Counted from the first letter of the stretch, positions 32,378 to 43,537 are shown. The stretch: 64,000 nt of DNA from an uncultured Planctomycetaceae bacterium (GCA_963815195.1 CAWFGE010000016.1:64001-128000), one strand, 5' to 3'. Numbers and translations: made by a program. The notes: generated by a model from the sequence alone, not told the origin.

Positions 32378-33152
32378 TGAGCGTCAATTAAAACGACCGG
32401 GGTCGGACGGGGCGGGATGTTGGACGAGGGACCACTTTCCCCGGAGCGTCAATTAAAACGACCGGGTAAGCTCCCGCGGCCGGCCCCGATTTGGCATGCT
32501 ATCGCAAACTCTTGCATCAAGGAGGTTTGCGATGCTCAGCGACGCCAAGGCGGGACAGATGTTTGCTCTGCTTCATCAAGGGCAATCCGTGGCTCGGATT
32601 GCCAAGACACTGCACATGGGAGAACGAACCATTCGCAAGTATCGGGATCAGGGGACACTCCCCAGTCAACAGCCCAAGTCGCCCAGAACGTACCGCACGC
32701 GGACCGATCCGCTCGAACCGTTCTGGCCGGAAATCGAGGAGTTCTTGGAGAACGATCCCCGGCTCAGGCCGGTGGCCCTGTTGGATTGGCTCAAGCAGAA
32801 ATACAACGCCCCCGAAACGGGAGAAGGGCCGATCAGCGATTCCCTCAGGCGGACGCTGGAGCGGCGGGTGCAGAAATGGAAGCTCCAGCACGGAGTTCAA
32901 CACGAGGTCAAGTTTCCCCAGGTGCATCAACCCGGCGATGTGATCGCCTTCGACTTCGTCAACTTGAATGGCCTGGGCGTTACGATTGGCGGCCGAGCGT
33001 ACGATCATCTGCTGTTTCATTCGGTCTTCACGTATTCCAATTGGGAGCACGTTCACCTCTGTCATTCCGAGTCGTTTGAGGCCTTGTCCACAGGGCTTCA
33101 GGATGCCTTGCATTTGGCGGGGGGCGTGCCAACGCGGGTCCGCAGCGACAGC
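32378..33152 (+). mobile_element. istA: IS21-like element left end plus 3'-truncated istA (ATG 32532)
   Basis: 23-bp direct repeat gagcgtcaattaaaacgaccggg at 32379 and 32444; HTH-RTYRTRTDPL...RRTLERRV...FPQVHQPG...YSNWE...ESFEAL...GGVPTRVRSDS. Confidence 0.85.
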
Positions 33153-33389
33153 ACGACCACGCGCGAGTTTTACGATGACGGCCGCGGCACCAATTATGCC
33201 CAGGCCCGGTATCTGTGCTACTACCTGCAAGACCGCGGGCTGTTGGTGAAATACTATCACGCCTTCGTCAAAAACGCCGACAAAGATCCCACCGGCTACG
33301 ATACCTTAAAAACGATTCTCGGCGAACGCGACATGGCCGCGTTCCAGAAGCGCTGGGAGGAGTACGTCCTCAAACTGAAGCGCACTTAA
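33153..33389 (+). pseudogene. C-terminal remnant of a host gene (DUF1570/zincin-like), fused in frame to the istA fragment
   Basis: EFYDDGRGTNYAQARYLCYYLQDRGLL...FQKRWEEYVLKL is unrelated to IstA and shows host-like codon style. Confidence 0.5.
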
Positions 33390-33426
33390 GCCGCCTGTCG
33401 CCGGATTGCATCTTGCACCGCCGCTG

Positions 33427-35277
33427 TTAGAGCCGGCCCAAGAGATAATCCAGACGGCGCTCGACCAGGCTGTCTTTTGCCCGGATTTTCTGCGGGTCGA
33501 TCTCGAACTTGTAACCGTGCGCGTCTTGCAAATAGACCACGGCATTTAATGTGATCAGCGTGGTCACCGGGGACTTGGATTCGCGGAGAACCTCATCGAG
33601 CGCCGGCCTGGGATCGACAGCCTGAATCGAGCCGAGAAACTCCGCCGCCCGCACGCGGACGAGCAGCTCCTTGTCGTTTAAGAGCTTCTTGGCTTCGCCC
33701 GCGAGTGGCGAAGCTTGTTCGCCGAAACAGCCGCAGGCAATCGCCGCCCAATACCGCTCCCAGGAATTCGCCGATTGAATCGCTTTTTGCAGTTTCGGCG
33801 CGGCGGCGGACCAGTCCTCTAAGCTCAAATCCGCAATGTCGACCAGTGTGGCAATTTCGTCCTTGTGTTTCTTACCAAAGGCGATCGGATTTGCAACGGC
33901 ATCTTCCACCAGCACGGTTTCGGGATAAAAACTCAAATCCGGCAGCGATTTCACGCGCTCCGCCAGCTTTCCGCGAAGGTCCTTGAGGATTTTCGAATAG
34001 CCGGGATCGTCGGCGAGGTTTTTGGTTTCGTAGGGATCTTGCTCCAAGTCGTACAAGCACTCGGCCGCTTTCCGCTGAAAGAATTGCTGCTGGACGGGGT
34101 TGAGTTTCCCTTCGCGAAACAGCGTCCGCCATTCTTCATAGGCGAGCATGCGGTAGCGGTAATTGTTTTGAAGCGCATCGGGATAATAAGCTTGATAGTT
34201 GCGAATATATTTGTAGCGGCCCTTTCGCAACGATCGGCAGAGATCGTACTTCTCGTCGAAGCGGTCCGCGTATCCAAAGGTTTCATCCCGCCGATTGAGA
34301 TCCTCGAGTTTGATATCGGCACCCAAGATGGGCGTGCCGTCCATATATTCGGGGACGTTGATGCCCGCGAGATGCAGGAGCGTCGGGCCGAAGTCCACGA
34401 AGCTCACAAAGCCTTTGACGCGGGTGCCGAGGGGCATCTGGACGAGATGTTTCCACTTGTCGGGAACGCGGACGACCAGCGGCACGTGGAGGCCGCTTTC
34501 ATAGAGATAGCCCTTGCTGCCGGGCAAGACGCCGCCGTGGTCGCCGAAGTAGAAGATGAAGGTGTCTTCCAAGAGGCCGTCTTTTTCCAAGTCGGCGATC
34601 GCGTTGCCGACGATGTCGTCCACCATGCCGATGCGGTCGTGATAGCGGGCGTGGGTGTAGCGAAACAGCGGTGTGTCGGGATGATTGGGGGCGAGTTGGA
34701 CCGTGTTCGGGTCGGTCTTCGTTTTGGTCGCCGCCATTTCCTTCTTCGAGAAATGCAGCGAGCTTTCGTGCGAGACGGGATAGGACGCCATGTGAAAGAA
34801 GGGCGTTTCCGGCGCGGGGCGGTTTCTCCAACTGGCCCGCTTCGAGGATTCGTCCCAGGCATCCTTTTGCTTGACGGTGTTATAGTCTTCCTTGGAATTG
34901 TTCGTGGTGTAATAGCCGGCCTGCCTCAGAGACCTCGGAAACAGATGCCAGCCTTCGGGCAGTGTGACGGGCTGGATTTTGCGGTGGAACTGGGTGCCGA
35001 GCCGGGGAGCATACACGCTCGTGGCGAGCGTGGTGCGGGCGACGGAACAAACCGGCGCGTTGGAAAACGCCCGCTCATAAAGGATCCCGTGCTCCGCCAT
35101 CCGCCGGATGTTGGGCGTCTCGGCCCCGTGCTCGTCAAACAGTTTTAAGTAGTGTTTCGAGTTGTCTTCCGAGACGATCCAGACAAAGTTGGGCCGTTCG
35201 CCCGCGCGGACTTTGAGATTCGCATTCGGGAAGAAGGCCAGAGCACTTAACACACTCAAAAGAAGGCATCGCATCAT
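33427..35277 (-). CDS. Sulfatase (S1 family) with C-terminal HEAT-like repeats
   Basis: Signal peptide, RPNFVWIVSED, APVCSVAR, FGDHGG, LYESGLHVPL, LYDLEQDPYE. Confidence 0.92.
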   Translation of the reverse strand: MMRCLLLSVLSALAFFPNANLKVRAGERPNFVWIVSEDNSKHYLKLFDEHGAETPNIRRMAEHGILYERAFSNAPVCSVARTTLATSVYAPRLGTQFHRKIQPVTLPEGWHLFPRSLRQAGYYTTNNSKEDYNTVKQKDAWDESSKRASWRNRPAPETPFFHMASYPVSHESSLHFSKKEMAATKTKTDPNTVQLAPNHPDTPLFRYTHARYHDRIGMVDDIVGNAIADLEKDGLLEDTFIFYFGDHGGVLPGSKGYLYESGLHVPLVVRVPDKWKHLVQMPLGTRVKGFVSFVDFGPTLLHLAGINVPEYMDGTPILGADIKLEDLNRRDETFGYADRFDEKYDLCRSLRKGRYKYIRNYQAYYPDALQNNYRYRMLAYEEWRTLFREGKLNPVQQQFFQRKAAECLYDLEQDPYETKNLADDPGYSKILKDLRGKLAERVKSLPDLSFYPETVLVEDAVANPIAFGKKHKDEIATLVDIADLSLEDWSAAAPKLQKAIQSANSWERYWAAIACGCFGEQASPLAGEAKKLLNDKELLVRVRAAEFLGSIQAVDPRPALDEVLRESKSPVTTLITLNAVVYLQDAHGYKFEIDPQKIRAKDSLVERRLDYLLGRL

Positions 35278-35603
35278 CGTTCGCGCTTTCGTGGGATGGA
35301 ATCACTATCTGTCTTGGAATCGAACGTTCCTTTGAGGTTACCGGTTTACTTTCGGGATTTCCATGCCCGCGATTTTTGGATTTTTTGATCCCGCGCGGAT
35401 GGGGTGGCACGACCCTGAGCGCAGCGAAGGGCGTGGCAAATCAAGGACATGCTAAACGCAAAATCCACGCCCAAGTTCCTACCGACTTTGCGTGACACAT
35501 ACATTTTTTCGATCCCGCGCGGGCGAATTCGCGTGGTTTGCGGTATGATTCCTGCCGATTCATCCAAACCGGACCGGACATACCTTTTGGGGAGCGAAAA
35601 TCC

Positions 35604-36372
35604 ATGCGGTCAAGCAAAACGCGCGCGAGGTTCCGAAACAACGAAGTGGTTCGCCTCTGCGCACTCGGGAGTTTCATTCCGTCCTACATTTCGCACGCGG
35701 CCCACTTTGGTTTTGATTGCATCTGGCTCGACCTCGAGCACCGCCCCATGCACGATCGGGAAGTGCAGGCGCTCTTGGCGTATTTTCATTTGTACGACAT
35801 CGACTGCATGCTCCGGCCGCCCACGCTCGAAAAGACACGCCTGTACCGCTACCTGGAGGATGGGGCGACGGGCTTGATGATCCCGCACGTCTCCACGCGG
35901 GAGAAAGCCCAGATGCTCGCGGACGCCGTGAAGTTCCCGCCCCTGGGCGACCGCGGGCTGGACGGGGCCGGCTTGGACAGCGACTATTATCTCCAAGGCG
36001 GCCCCGATTTTCCCGCCCAGGCGAATGCCGAAACGTTTCTCGTTGTGCAGATCGAAACGCCAGAGGCGATCGAAAACGTGGACGCCATCGCGTCGGTTCC
36101 GGGCGTGGATGGAATGTTTGTCGGGCCGGGCGATCTGGGACTCCGGCTCAAACATTCCGAGGGCGGCGCCGACGCTGGAGGAGTGTTTTGAACGCGTCGC
36201 TCAGGCGGCCCGGAAGCACGGCAAGGCGTGGGGTTGCCCCGTCGCCACGCCCGAGGACATGCAAAAACGCTACGACCAGGGCGGGCGGCTTTTGGCCCAC
36301 GGCGGCGAGTTTTTCGCGCTGATGCGCATGCTCGAACAATCCGCGGCGGATTTCGATTCGCTCAAAACGTAG
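35604..36372 (+). CDS. HpcH/HpaI aldolase family protein, frameshift near 36170
   Basis: GFDCIWLDLEH, LEDGATGLMIPHV, VVQIET, FVGPGDL; C-terminus in ORF 36025..36372. Confidence 0.88.
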
Positions 36373-36534
36373 CGTTTGTCATGGCGAATCCTTCGGGGAC
36401 GTCTTGACTGGACCGTGCCCATCTTCACCATTCAAGTGAGGTTTGAGGTGAGAGGATGGCAAGTGAAATGGCGGCTATCCACTAACCTCCATCCACTATC
36501 CTCATCCCCAGCCGCGGCAACGTGTCGATAGCGC

Positions 36535-37320
36535 TCAGGCGGCTTTGTTGCGTTTCCTGGTCAGCTTCTGGTTGAGCCGTTGCATGCCGCGGATCCAGCG
36601 GTCGTAGTTGTCGGCTTTCATTTGAAAGAACTCCGCGACCTGCGGGTGCGGGAGGATCAGGAAAGTTTCTTCCGCGATGCCGCAAACGACGGCCTCGGCC
36701 GCGTCCGCAGGAGAGATGGACTGCACCTGCAGGAACTGGTGGATGGGGTCGTCGGGATCGAGCATGTCGGTCTCCACGCCCAAGGGGCACACGCACGAAA
36801 CGGCGATTCCCCGCCGGCCGTATTGCACCGACAGCCATTCCGCGAGCGCAAGGTCGGCGTGCTTGGTGACGGAATAGGCCGCGGAACCGATCTCCGTGAG
36901 CAGCCCCGCGGCGGAGGCCACGTGCACCAGAAACCCGCCGCCCTGCTCGAGCATGTTAGGAACGACCGCGCGGGCCGCGTACAGGCGGGACATCACGTTG
37001 ACTTCCCACAGCCGCTGCCAATCGGCGTCGGCCGTTTCGAGACCGCCTTTGGTGGTGATGCCCGCGTTGGAAACGAACAGGTCGATCCGGCCGAAGGCGT
37101 CCAGCGTGTGGCGGACGAGGGTTTGCACGTCGGCTTCCACGCCCACATCACAGCGAACCGCGATGCCCCCGACGGCGTCGGCGACTTCGCGGGCGGCGGA
37201 AACATCCCGATCGGACACGATGATTCCGCCCGCGTGTTCCTCGGCGAATCGCTCGCAGAGAGCCCGCCCGATTCCCCGGCCGCCGCCCGTAACGACCGCG
37301 ACTTTGCCCGCAATTTGCAT
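36535..37320 (-). CDS. Short-chain dehydrogenase/reductase
   Basis: TGGGRGIG, SNAG, YSVTK. Confidence 0.93.
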   Translation of the reverse strand: MQIAGKVAVVTGGGRGIGRALCERFAEEHAGGIIVSDRDVSAAREVADAVGGIAVRCDVGVEADVQTLVRHTLDAFGRIDLFVSNAGITTKGGLETADADWQRLWEVNVMSRLYAARAVVPNMLEQGGGFLVHVASAAGLLTEIGSAAYSVTKHADLALAEWLSVQYGRRGIAVSCVCPLGVETDMLDPDDPIHQFLQVQSISPADAAEAVVCGIAEETFLILPHPQVAEFFQMKADNYDRWIRGMQRLNQKLTRKRNKAA

Positions 37321-37545
37321 AGAGGTTCCCTTTCGATGTCCCTGAAAAGCAAGGGAAAATAGCAAATCCGCGGAACGAAGCCAACGGCAGAATCAGGGTG
37401 CACAAAAGCACGAGTCTGTGGAATTGGTGAAATTGCAACTGGGGACAGCCGTCTTGACAGGATTGGGGGCGCGGCTTAATGTACCGGCCTCTTTCCTCTC
37501 TCGATCTCACAACTTCCCAGTCTCTTCCGCGAATGGAGTCGCTGT

Positions 37546-38760
37546 ATGGCTGAGGGCTATTCAGACGCGCAGATCTGCCAACCTGTCCCAATGATCGATC
37601 TCGTCGCGCAGCATCAAACGATCGCAGACGATGTGATGCAGGCTGTCGCGGACGTGTTTCAGTCGCAGAGTTTCGTGCTGGGGGAAACGGTCGCGGATTT
37701 TGAAGACGCCGTCGCTCGCTATTGCGATTCCCGGCACGCCATCGGCTGCGCGTCCGGCACCGATGCTTTGATCCTCGCCTTGATGGCCCTCGACATCGGC
37801 CCGGGCTCTGAAGTCATCACGTCCCCATTCACGTTTTTCGCCACCGCCAGCTCGATCGCCCGCGTGGGAGCCACGCCCGTGTTTGTGGACATCGATCCGG
37901 TGAGCTTCAACATGGATCCCGAACTCGTCGAAGCCGCAATCACGCCCCGCACCAAAGCGATCATGCCGGTGCATCTCTTCGGCCAATGCGTGGAAATGGA
38001 CCCGCTGTGGCGGATGGCGACCCAGCGGGGCATCGCAATCATTGAAGACGCGTGCCAGGCCATCGGTTCGGAATACCAAGGCCGGCGGGCCGGCGTCTTG
38101 GGGCGGATCGGCTGTTTCAGTTTCTTCCCGACCAAAAACCTCGGCGGGGCCGGCGACGGAGGGATGATGACTTGCGATGATCCCGAACTGGCCCACCGTC
38201 TCAAGCATCTCCGCGTGCACGGCGACGTGGGACGTTATCAGCACATCGAGGTCGGACTTAACAGCCGGCTGGATGCCCTCCAAGCCGCGATTCTGCATGT
38301 GAAGCTGCGGTTCCTCGATCAATGGACAAAAGCCAGGCAGGACAACGCGGCGTATTACCAAAATCTGTTCGCCGAAGCCGATTTGCTCGATGCCCTGGAA
38401 CCGCCGCGGGAATGGCCGCACCGGCGACATATTTACAATCAATATTGTATTCGCGTCAAAAACGGACGCAGGGACGAGGTGCTCGCGTCGCTCCGCGAGC
38501 AACACATCGGAGCGGCCATCTACTATCCGCAGGCTCTGCATCTGCAGAAATGTTTCGAGTCGTTGGGCTATAAGGCGGGAGATTTTCCGGTCTCGGAACG
38601 CACCTGTGAAGAGATCCTCGCGCTCCCCATTTATGCGGAACTCACGCGGGCCCAACAAGAAACGGTCGTTCGCGGCCTCGCGAAAGCCCTCGGCCGAACC
38701 CTGCCCGCCGCCGATTTTCGCACGTCTCCGGACGCGGCGATTCAAAAGCGCGTCGCGTAA
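37546..38760 (+). CDS. DegT/DnrJ/EryC1/StrS family aminotransferase
   Basis: SGTDAL, PVHLFGQ, IEDACQAIG, FSFFPTKNLGGAGDGG, NSRLDALQAA. Confidence 0.95.
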   Translation: MAEGYSDAQICQPVPMIDLVAQHQTIADDVMQAVADVFQSQSFVLGETVADFEDAVARYCDSRHAIGCASGTDALILALMALDIGPGSEVITSPFTFFATASSIARVGATPVFVDIDPVSFNMDPELVEAAITPRTKAIMPVHLFGQCVEMDPLWRMATQRGIAIIEDACQAIGSEYQGRRAGVLGRIGCFSFFPTKNLGGAGDGGMMTCDDPELAHRLKHLRVHGDVGRYQHIEVGLNSRLDALQAAILHVKLRFLDQWTKARQDNAAYYQNLFAEADLLDALEPPREWPHRRHIYNQYCIRVKNGRRDEVLASLREQHIGAAIYYPQALHLQKCFESLGYKAGDFPVSERTCEEILALPIYAELTRAQQETVVRGLAKALGRTLPAADFRTSPDAAIQKRVA

Positions 38761-39077
38761 GTGAGCGGCCCGGCGGTAGCCGCCGGTCTTGAGTTTTGAA
38801 GAGTTTCCGCCCGCTGGCAAGAGAATTGCTTCCCAAAAGAACCCGCCGGCCGGCGGGTTCGTTAAGGCTTCCCCAGTTTCCCCAGATGTGGAACCTGGCG
38901 GGGAATTGGGAAAAACCGGCGGAATCGGACGTCGGCACGCCCCCACGGACGGTTTGGCGTTCGTACAATCTCATGGATTGAGCTGATCGGCGCATCAATT
39001 GACGATGCGCTTTCCAGGCATTCGTTCTCGAAGGATCGGGAGTCGAATGACAGGAATCTGTTGCGAAGGCTTGTTCC

Positions 39078-40892
39078 ATGAATCGCGAACTCGCTCCTTG
39101 GGGGGTATCCGTTTCCATCTGCCGATCCCTGGTTTTGCTCGGGATTTTTGGGGGCATCGTCCCTCAGGCGCCATCCGCCGCGGAAACTCCGGCCGCCGAA
39201 GCTTCGCATCCGAAACACGAGCATTCCCACGAAGTCGCCGCTCCCTCGGCTCCCGATCCGCTCGCACAGCCGACGGCGATCGTGCTCAATTACTGCCGGG
39301 CGTCTTTTCACCGGATTCAAAAAACTCCGTCCAAGCGGGTCCTGCTCGAAGAGCAGGAAAAGATTCTCAACAATCTGAATCTCAACCCGATCGCGGATGC
39401 GGAGATCATTCGGCTGTACACGGCCGTTTTGTCAGAAATCGCCGACGTGCAAATTGCCGACACCGAGCAGGAAGTCATCCGCACGCAGCACCGCCGGGCG
39501 GTCGTGCACGACCTGGCGATCAGCGCGCTCGCCATTGGCGGGCAGGTCGCGACGACGCAATACGTCGGCGCGCTCAAAACCGGGGCCGCGAGTTGGTGGG
39601 ATTACCGCACGCTGGTCTTCAACCGCGAGCTGGCCCTGTGGCGGGTGGACAAGGACCGCATCGTCGCGTTTGTGGACAAGTCGTCGCTGTTTCTGGACAC
39701 GTTCTGGAAGCTCGCCCGCAAACGCGGAATCCCCGATGAATGGCTGATCCGCAACAACGACCTCGACCAGCTCGCGGCCGCGATGGCCGAGCCCCGCCCC
39801 GACGTGCGGCTGCGCGTGCTCAAGCGGATGGAACGCTTCATGGAGTGCTATCCGCCTTACTGGTATTACGTCGCCCGCACGCAGCAGGCCTTGGGGCAAT
39901 TCCCCGAGGCTTTGGAAACCTATCATCATCTGGAATCGTTGGGCGATCAGTATTTCCGCAAGGATGAAATGCTCGCGGCGGCGTTCGCGAACCAGGCGCT
40001 GCTTGAAGACCATCTCGGCCGGGACACCGCGGTCGAGACCGCCGGGAAAGCGCTGCGCTATTCCACCGACGTCTGGGAAGTCAACTTGATGTGCGGCGTG
40101 CTGCTGTTGAAGCACGGCCGGCACGCGGACGCCGAGGATGCCATCCTCCGCAACCTCGACGTGGATCTGGAAACCCAGCAAAGCCTGGTGGCGCTCTTGG
40201 CCGTGTATCACGTATCCGCGGACACGCGGAAGCTCAGAGAACGCCTCAGCAAACCGGACATCGCGCGGACGATCCCGGCTCCGCTCTTATTGGAGTGCGT
40301 GGGCCTGTTGGGCACGGGAAACATTCCGCAGGCCACGCTCGCGCAAATCTTCCGCTCGCTCGCGGGGGATTTCGATCGGCACTTCGGCCCGGATGACTTT
40401 CGGCTCGAAGCCCTTCCCGGCTGGCAACTGGACCGGGCGAAGCTCTCGCTGTCCGTCGGCGGAAAAACCGCCGGCGAACCCGTGGTCTCCATCGAAACCG
40501 ATAAGCACAAACTCCGCTTCGCCCGCATCGCCGAGCGGGGCACCCCTCTGCAAGCCGCCGCGCCCCCGGTGCAGGTCGTGCTGACCGTCAAATATCCCGA
40601 AACCGAAACCATGCACCTGCATCTTCAGGAGCTTTCGACGCGAACGCTCAAGACACTGACGGGCGAAAGCGAAACCGGCATCCGCTGGCCGCTCTTATCG
40701 AACAGCGACTACCGCATCGTCGCGGTGGATCTCCACGGAAAACGCGTGACGCTCACCACGACTCCGAATCCGCTCCCCGCGCCAAAAGCCGAGCACGCCA
40801 CCCCAATCCCGGTGAGCAAACCGCCCGAAGTTCCCGCCCCCGCCCCCGCACCGCCAAATGACGCCCACCTCCCCCTGGTCCCGGCGTTTTGA
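39078..40892 (+). CDS. Secreted hypothetical protein with TPR-like helical region and Pro-rich tail
   Basis: 604-aa ORF with host codon usage, signal peptide, YYVARTQQALGQFPEALETY. Confidence 0.7.
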   Translation: MNRELAPWGVSVSICRSLVLLGIFGGIVPQAPSAAETPAAEASHPKHEHSHEVAAPSAPDPLAQPTAIVLNYCRASFHRIQKTPSKRVLLEEQEKILNNLNLNPIADAEIIRLYTAVLSEIADVQIADTEQEVIRTQHRRAVVHDLAISALAIGGQVATTQYVGALKTGAASWWDYRTLVFNRELALWRVDKDRIVAFVDKSSLFLDTFWKLARKRGIPDEWLIRNNDLDQLAAAMAEPRPDVRLRVLKRMERFMECYPPYWYYVARTQQALGQFPEALETYHHLESLGDQYFRKDEMLAAAFANQALLEDHLGRDTAVETAGKALRYSTDVWEVNLMCGVLLLKHGRHADAEDAILRNLDVDLETQQSLVALLAVYHVSADTRKLRERLSKPDIARTIPAPLLLECVGLLGTGNIPQATLAQIFRSLAGDFDRHFGPDDFRLEALPGWQLDRAKLSLSVGGKTAGEPVVSIETDKHKLRFARIAERGTPLQAAAPPVQVVLTVKYPETETMHLHLQELSTRTLKTLTGESETGIRWPLLSNSDYRIVAVDLHGKRVTLTTTPNPLPAPKAEHATPIPVSKPPEVPAPAPAPPNDAHLPLVPAF

Positions 40893-41363
40893 ACGGAAAA
40901 CCTCAGTCGCCCTGAGCAGAACTAGAGGATGTTATAGCGCGGTATTCTGTAGGAGAACTGACAGATGTTGTAACGGCTGCGCTCGATGTCATAGCGGAGG
41001 ATTATTCGAATGATATAGACATACAAAAGGCAATTCAGGCATACAAAGCTGGCCAATATCCGTCTCAGTCCCTTGCGAATCAAATATCAACAAAGGCGAT
41101 AGAATGCGATGAGGCGTATTCATTTCTTGAACAGGAAGGGAAGCTCGTAGAATCCGCGGCCTCTTTTCGAAAGATGTGTGTGCTGAATGGACTGCACTCA
41201 TTGTTTGCGGCCAATATCATCTCGATTGAAGTCGTTGACAACTTTATTTATGACCTTGGACACGGAGCATCGTCCACCGATGAGTTTGCCGAGAAGATGT
41301 TAGAGAAACTTCGATAACACGGGTTGGTGGAAACCTCGGCACAAATCTGACCTACATCGGCGC

Positions 41364-41480
41364 CGGGTGCCACTGGCAGCTTGCCTGCCAGTGTGAATCG
41401 GATGAACCAATCAAGTTTTGAAACGTCCCCCGATTCCATGCTGCTGGAAAGCACTGGCAATAAGTTGCCAGTGGCACCCG
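41364..41480. repeat. REP doublet (REPIN-like) copy 1
   Basis: cgggtgccactggcagcttgcctgccagtg - 58 nt - cactggcaataagttgccagtggcacccg. Confidence 0.75.
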
Positions 41481-41768
41481 AAAGACTCTTAGCAACAACC
41501 CGCGCTGACAGTGCCACCCTGCCGTGGTTGCTTCTTCGCCGACATCGACAACCGCTATCCTGTTGAACGGTGCCATCTGAAATCGTGTTGTGAGCCATTT
41601 GAGAAAACCCATGTTGGCCTCGGCAATCACCGTTTCGTTGTGATAAGAGAATCTGCAAACTGCCGCAAATGAACTGATAACTGAACAGCATCTTCGGATG
41701 TAACGGCTCAGTTCGAACTGGAATTTCTGGCTGGTTGGGTTAGTCTATTCTTATGAGAGGACCGACCC

Positions 41769-42092
41769 ATGAGCAACAGCAAACGACGTCATTTTACGCC
41801 CGAGCAGAAAGCCGAGGTTGTCAGGCGGCATCTGTCGGGGAAGGAACCCGTCTCCAAACTCGCTGAGGAGCTTGGGGTGCAGCCGAGCCAGATTCATGCG
41901 TGGGTGAACCTGGTTCTGGCGCAGGCGGAGCGGGCATTCGAGAAGTCTCAGCAGAATGGACGCGCGCGGACGGACAAGGTCAAGGACCGCCGCATCGAAC
42001 AGCTCGAAGGTAAGATCGCCGACAAGAACGAAGTGATCGCCGAGTTAATGGAGGCGAACGTTCGCGCAAAAAAAGAGCTTGGGGAACTCTAA
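41769..42092 (+). CDS. IS3 transposase OrfA
   Basis: KRRHFTPEQKAEVVR...LAEELGVQPSQIHAW HTH followed by a coiled coil. Confidence 0.92.
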   Translation: MSNSKRRHFTPEQKAEVVRRHLSGKEPVSKLAEELGVQPSQIHAWVNLVLAQAERAFEKSQQNGRARTDKVKDRRIEQLEGKIADKNEVIAELMEANVRAKKELGEL

Positions 42093-43060
42093 AAGGAGGC
42101 TGGGTTCCCCACGACACGCGCGACGAAATCGTGGATTACATCACGTATTGGACGGACCGCGCCGAGATTCCCGCCAAAACCCTTTTGGGTTGGTTGGAAC
42201 TGGGCACGAGCAAGTACCACTCGTGGAAAGACCGCTACGGAAAAGCCAACGAGCACAACGGGAAGATTCCCCGGGATCATTGGCTGGAGGATTGGGAGAA
42301 GGCGGCGATCGTCGACTATTTTGACCAGCATCCCTTGGAAGGCTATCGCCGGCTGACGTTCATGATGCTCGATGATGACATCGTCGCCACAAGCCCGGCG
42401 ACGGTGTATCGCGTGCTCAAAGCGAACCGGCGATTGGACCGCAGGAAGTTCTCGCCGTCCAAGAAAGGCACAGGCTTCGTGCAGCCCTTAAAACCCCACG
42501 AACACTGGCACATCGACGTGTCTTACATCAACGTGGAAGGCACGTTTTACTACCTGACCAGCGTCTTGGATGGCTGCAGCCGGGCCATTTTGCACTGGGA
42601 CCTCAAGGAGTCGATGACCGAACAGGACGTGGAAGTTATTCTGCAAAAAGCGATCGAGACCTACCCCGGCGAATCGCCGCGGATCATCTCGGACAACGGG
42701 CCGCAGTTCATCGCGCGGGACTTCAAAGAGTTCATCCGCCTCGTGGGCGCCACACACGTGCGGACCAGTCCGTACTATCCCCAATCGAACGGCAAGATCG
42801 AACGTTGGCACGGAAGTTTGAAGTCCGAATGTATCCGGCCGAGTTGTCCGGCCAACGTCGAGGAAGCCCGGCGAAAGATTCAAAGCTATGTGGATCATTA
42901 CAATAATGTGCGGCTGCATTCGGCCATCGGCTATGTGACGCCCGCCGATAAACTGGCGGGCATCGAACAGGAGATCTTCACCGAACGCGACCGCAAGTTG
43001 GAAACCGCCCGAACGCGCCGTCAGGCCGCCCGGCAATTCGCGCGACAGGAGGTTGCTTGA
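42068..43060 (+). CDS. IS3 transposase OrfB (DDE), in -1 frame to OrfA
   Basis: HWHIDVSY, ISDNGPQF, PQSNGKIERW, RLHSAIGYVTP. Confidence 0.93.
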   Translation, partial: KKRAWGTLKGGWVPHDTRDEIVDYITYWTDRAEIPAKTLLGWLELGTSKYHSWKDRYGKANEHNGKIPRDHWLEDWEKAAIVDYFDQHPLEGYRRLTFMMLDDDIVATSPATVYRVLKANRRLDRRKFSPSKKGTGFVQPLKPHEHWHIDVSYINVEGTFYYLTSVLDGCSRAILHWDLKESMTEQDVEVILQKAIETYPGESPRIISDNGPQFIARDFKEFIRLVGATHVRTSPYYPQSNGKIERWHGSLKSECIRPSCPANVEEARRKIQSYVDHYNNVRLHSAIGYVTPADKLAGIEQEIFTERDRKLETARTRRQAARQFARQEVA

Positions 43061-43403
43061 TGACAAGCCGCATGGCACAATCGAATGCGACCTGGGCGGA
43101 GGATACGGCTCTGCTGAGGAGCACCCGGAGCGCCGCCCCAGGGGCCAAGACCGGAGGCGGGATCAAGCCCCTTCCCTTGATCCCGCCCGTTTCGAAAACC
43201 CTCCGGGATTGGCACCAAAGCGAAAAACCTTCGCGGCAGGATGCCGCGAAATCCGCGACAGGAGGTCACCTTCCACTGACTAACACCAACACGCCCAAAT
43301 TCCACTTACCGCTGAACCAGGACACATGGCCCTCCTCGGCCATACTATGGAAAGCCCTCCGTGGTTTGTTTTCATAAAACTCCAAGGAGGGTTTCTGATG
43401 CGC

Positions 43404-43519
43404 CGGGTGCCACTGGCAGCTTGCGGCCAGTGATTTCCTCAGATCACATTCCCCTCTGATGGAAAGTTATGTCAGCCTACTCCGTGAAAGCACTGGCAAC
43501 AAGTTGCCAGTGGCACCCG
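43404..43519. repeat. REP doublet (REPIN-like) copy 2
   Basis: cgggtgccactggcagcttgcggccagtg - 58 nt - cactggcaacaagttgccagtggcacccg. Confidence 0.75.
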
Positions 43520-43537
43520 AAAGACTTCTTGTTGAGA

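Larger units (their letters stand above)
41699..43324 (+). mobile_element. Apparently intact IS3-family insertion sequence (1626 bp)
   Basis: Imperfect IRs TGTAACGGCTCAG..TGGAATTT / TGTCCTGGTTCAG..TGGAATTT; orfA + orfB with an A7G slippery site at 42068-42075; no TSD seen. Confidence 0.9.

Noticed and set aside
40900..41690. Short low-GC ORFs 40989..41201 and 41248..41691
   Set aside because: No motifs, interrupted by REP DNA; probably decayed fragments.
43348..43400. Hairpin sequestering RBS+ATG (gaaagccctcc...ggagggtttc) as a riboswitch
   Set aside because: No downstream gene survives because a REP follows at once. It is more likely the 5' stub of another IS, and I cannot assign it.
41364..43519. 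REP doublets or the 23-bp repeats at 32379/32444 as a CRISPR array
   Set aside because: There are only two units each, the REP arms are inverted rather than direct, and no cas genes are present. The 23-bp pair fits IS21-type end repeats.
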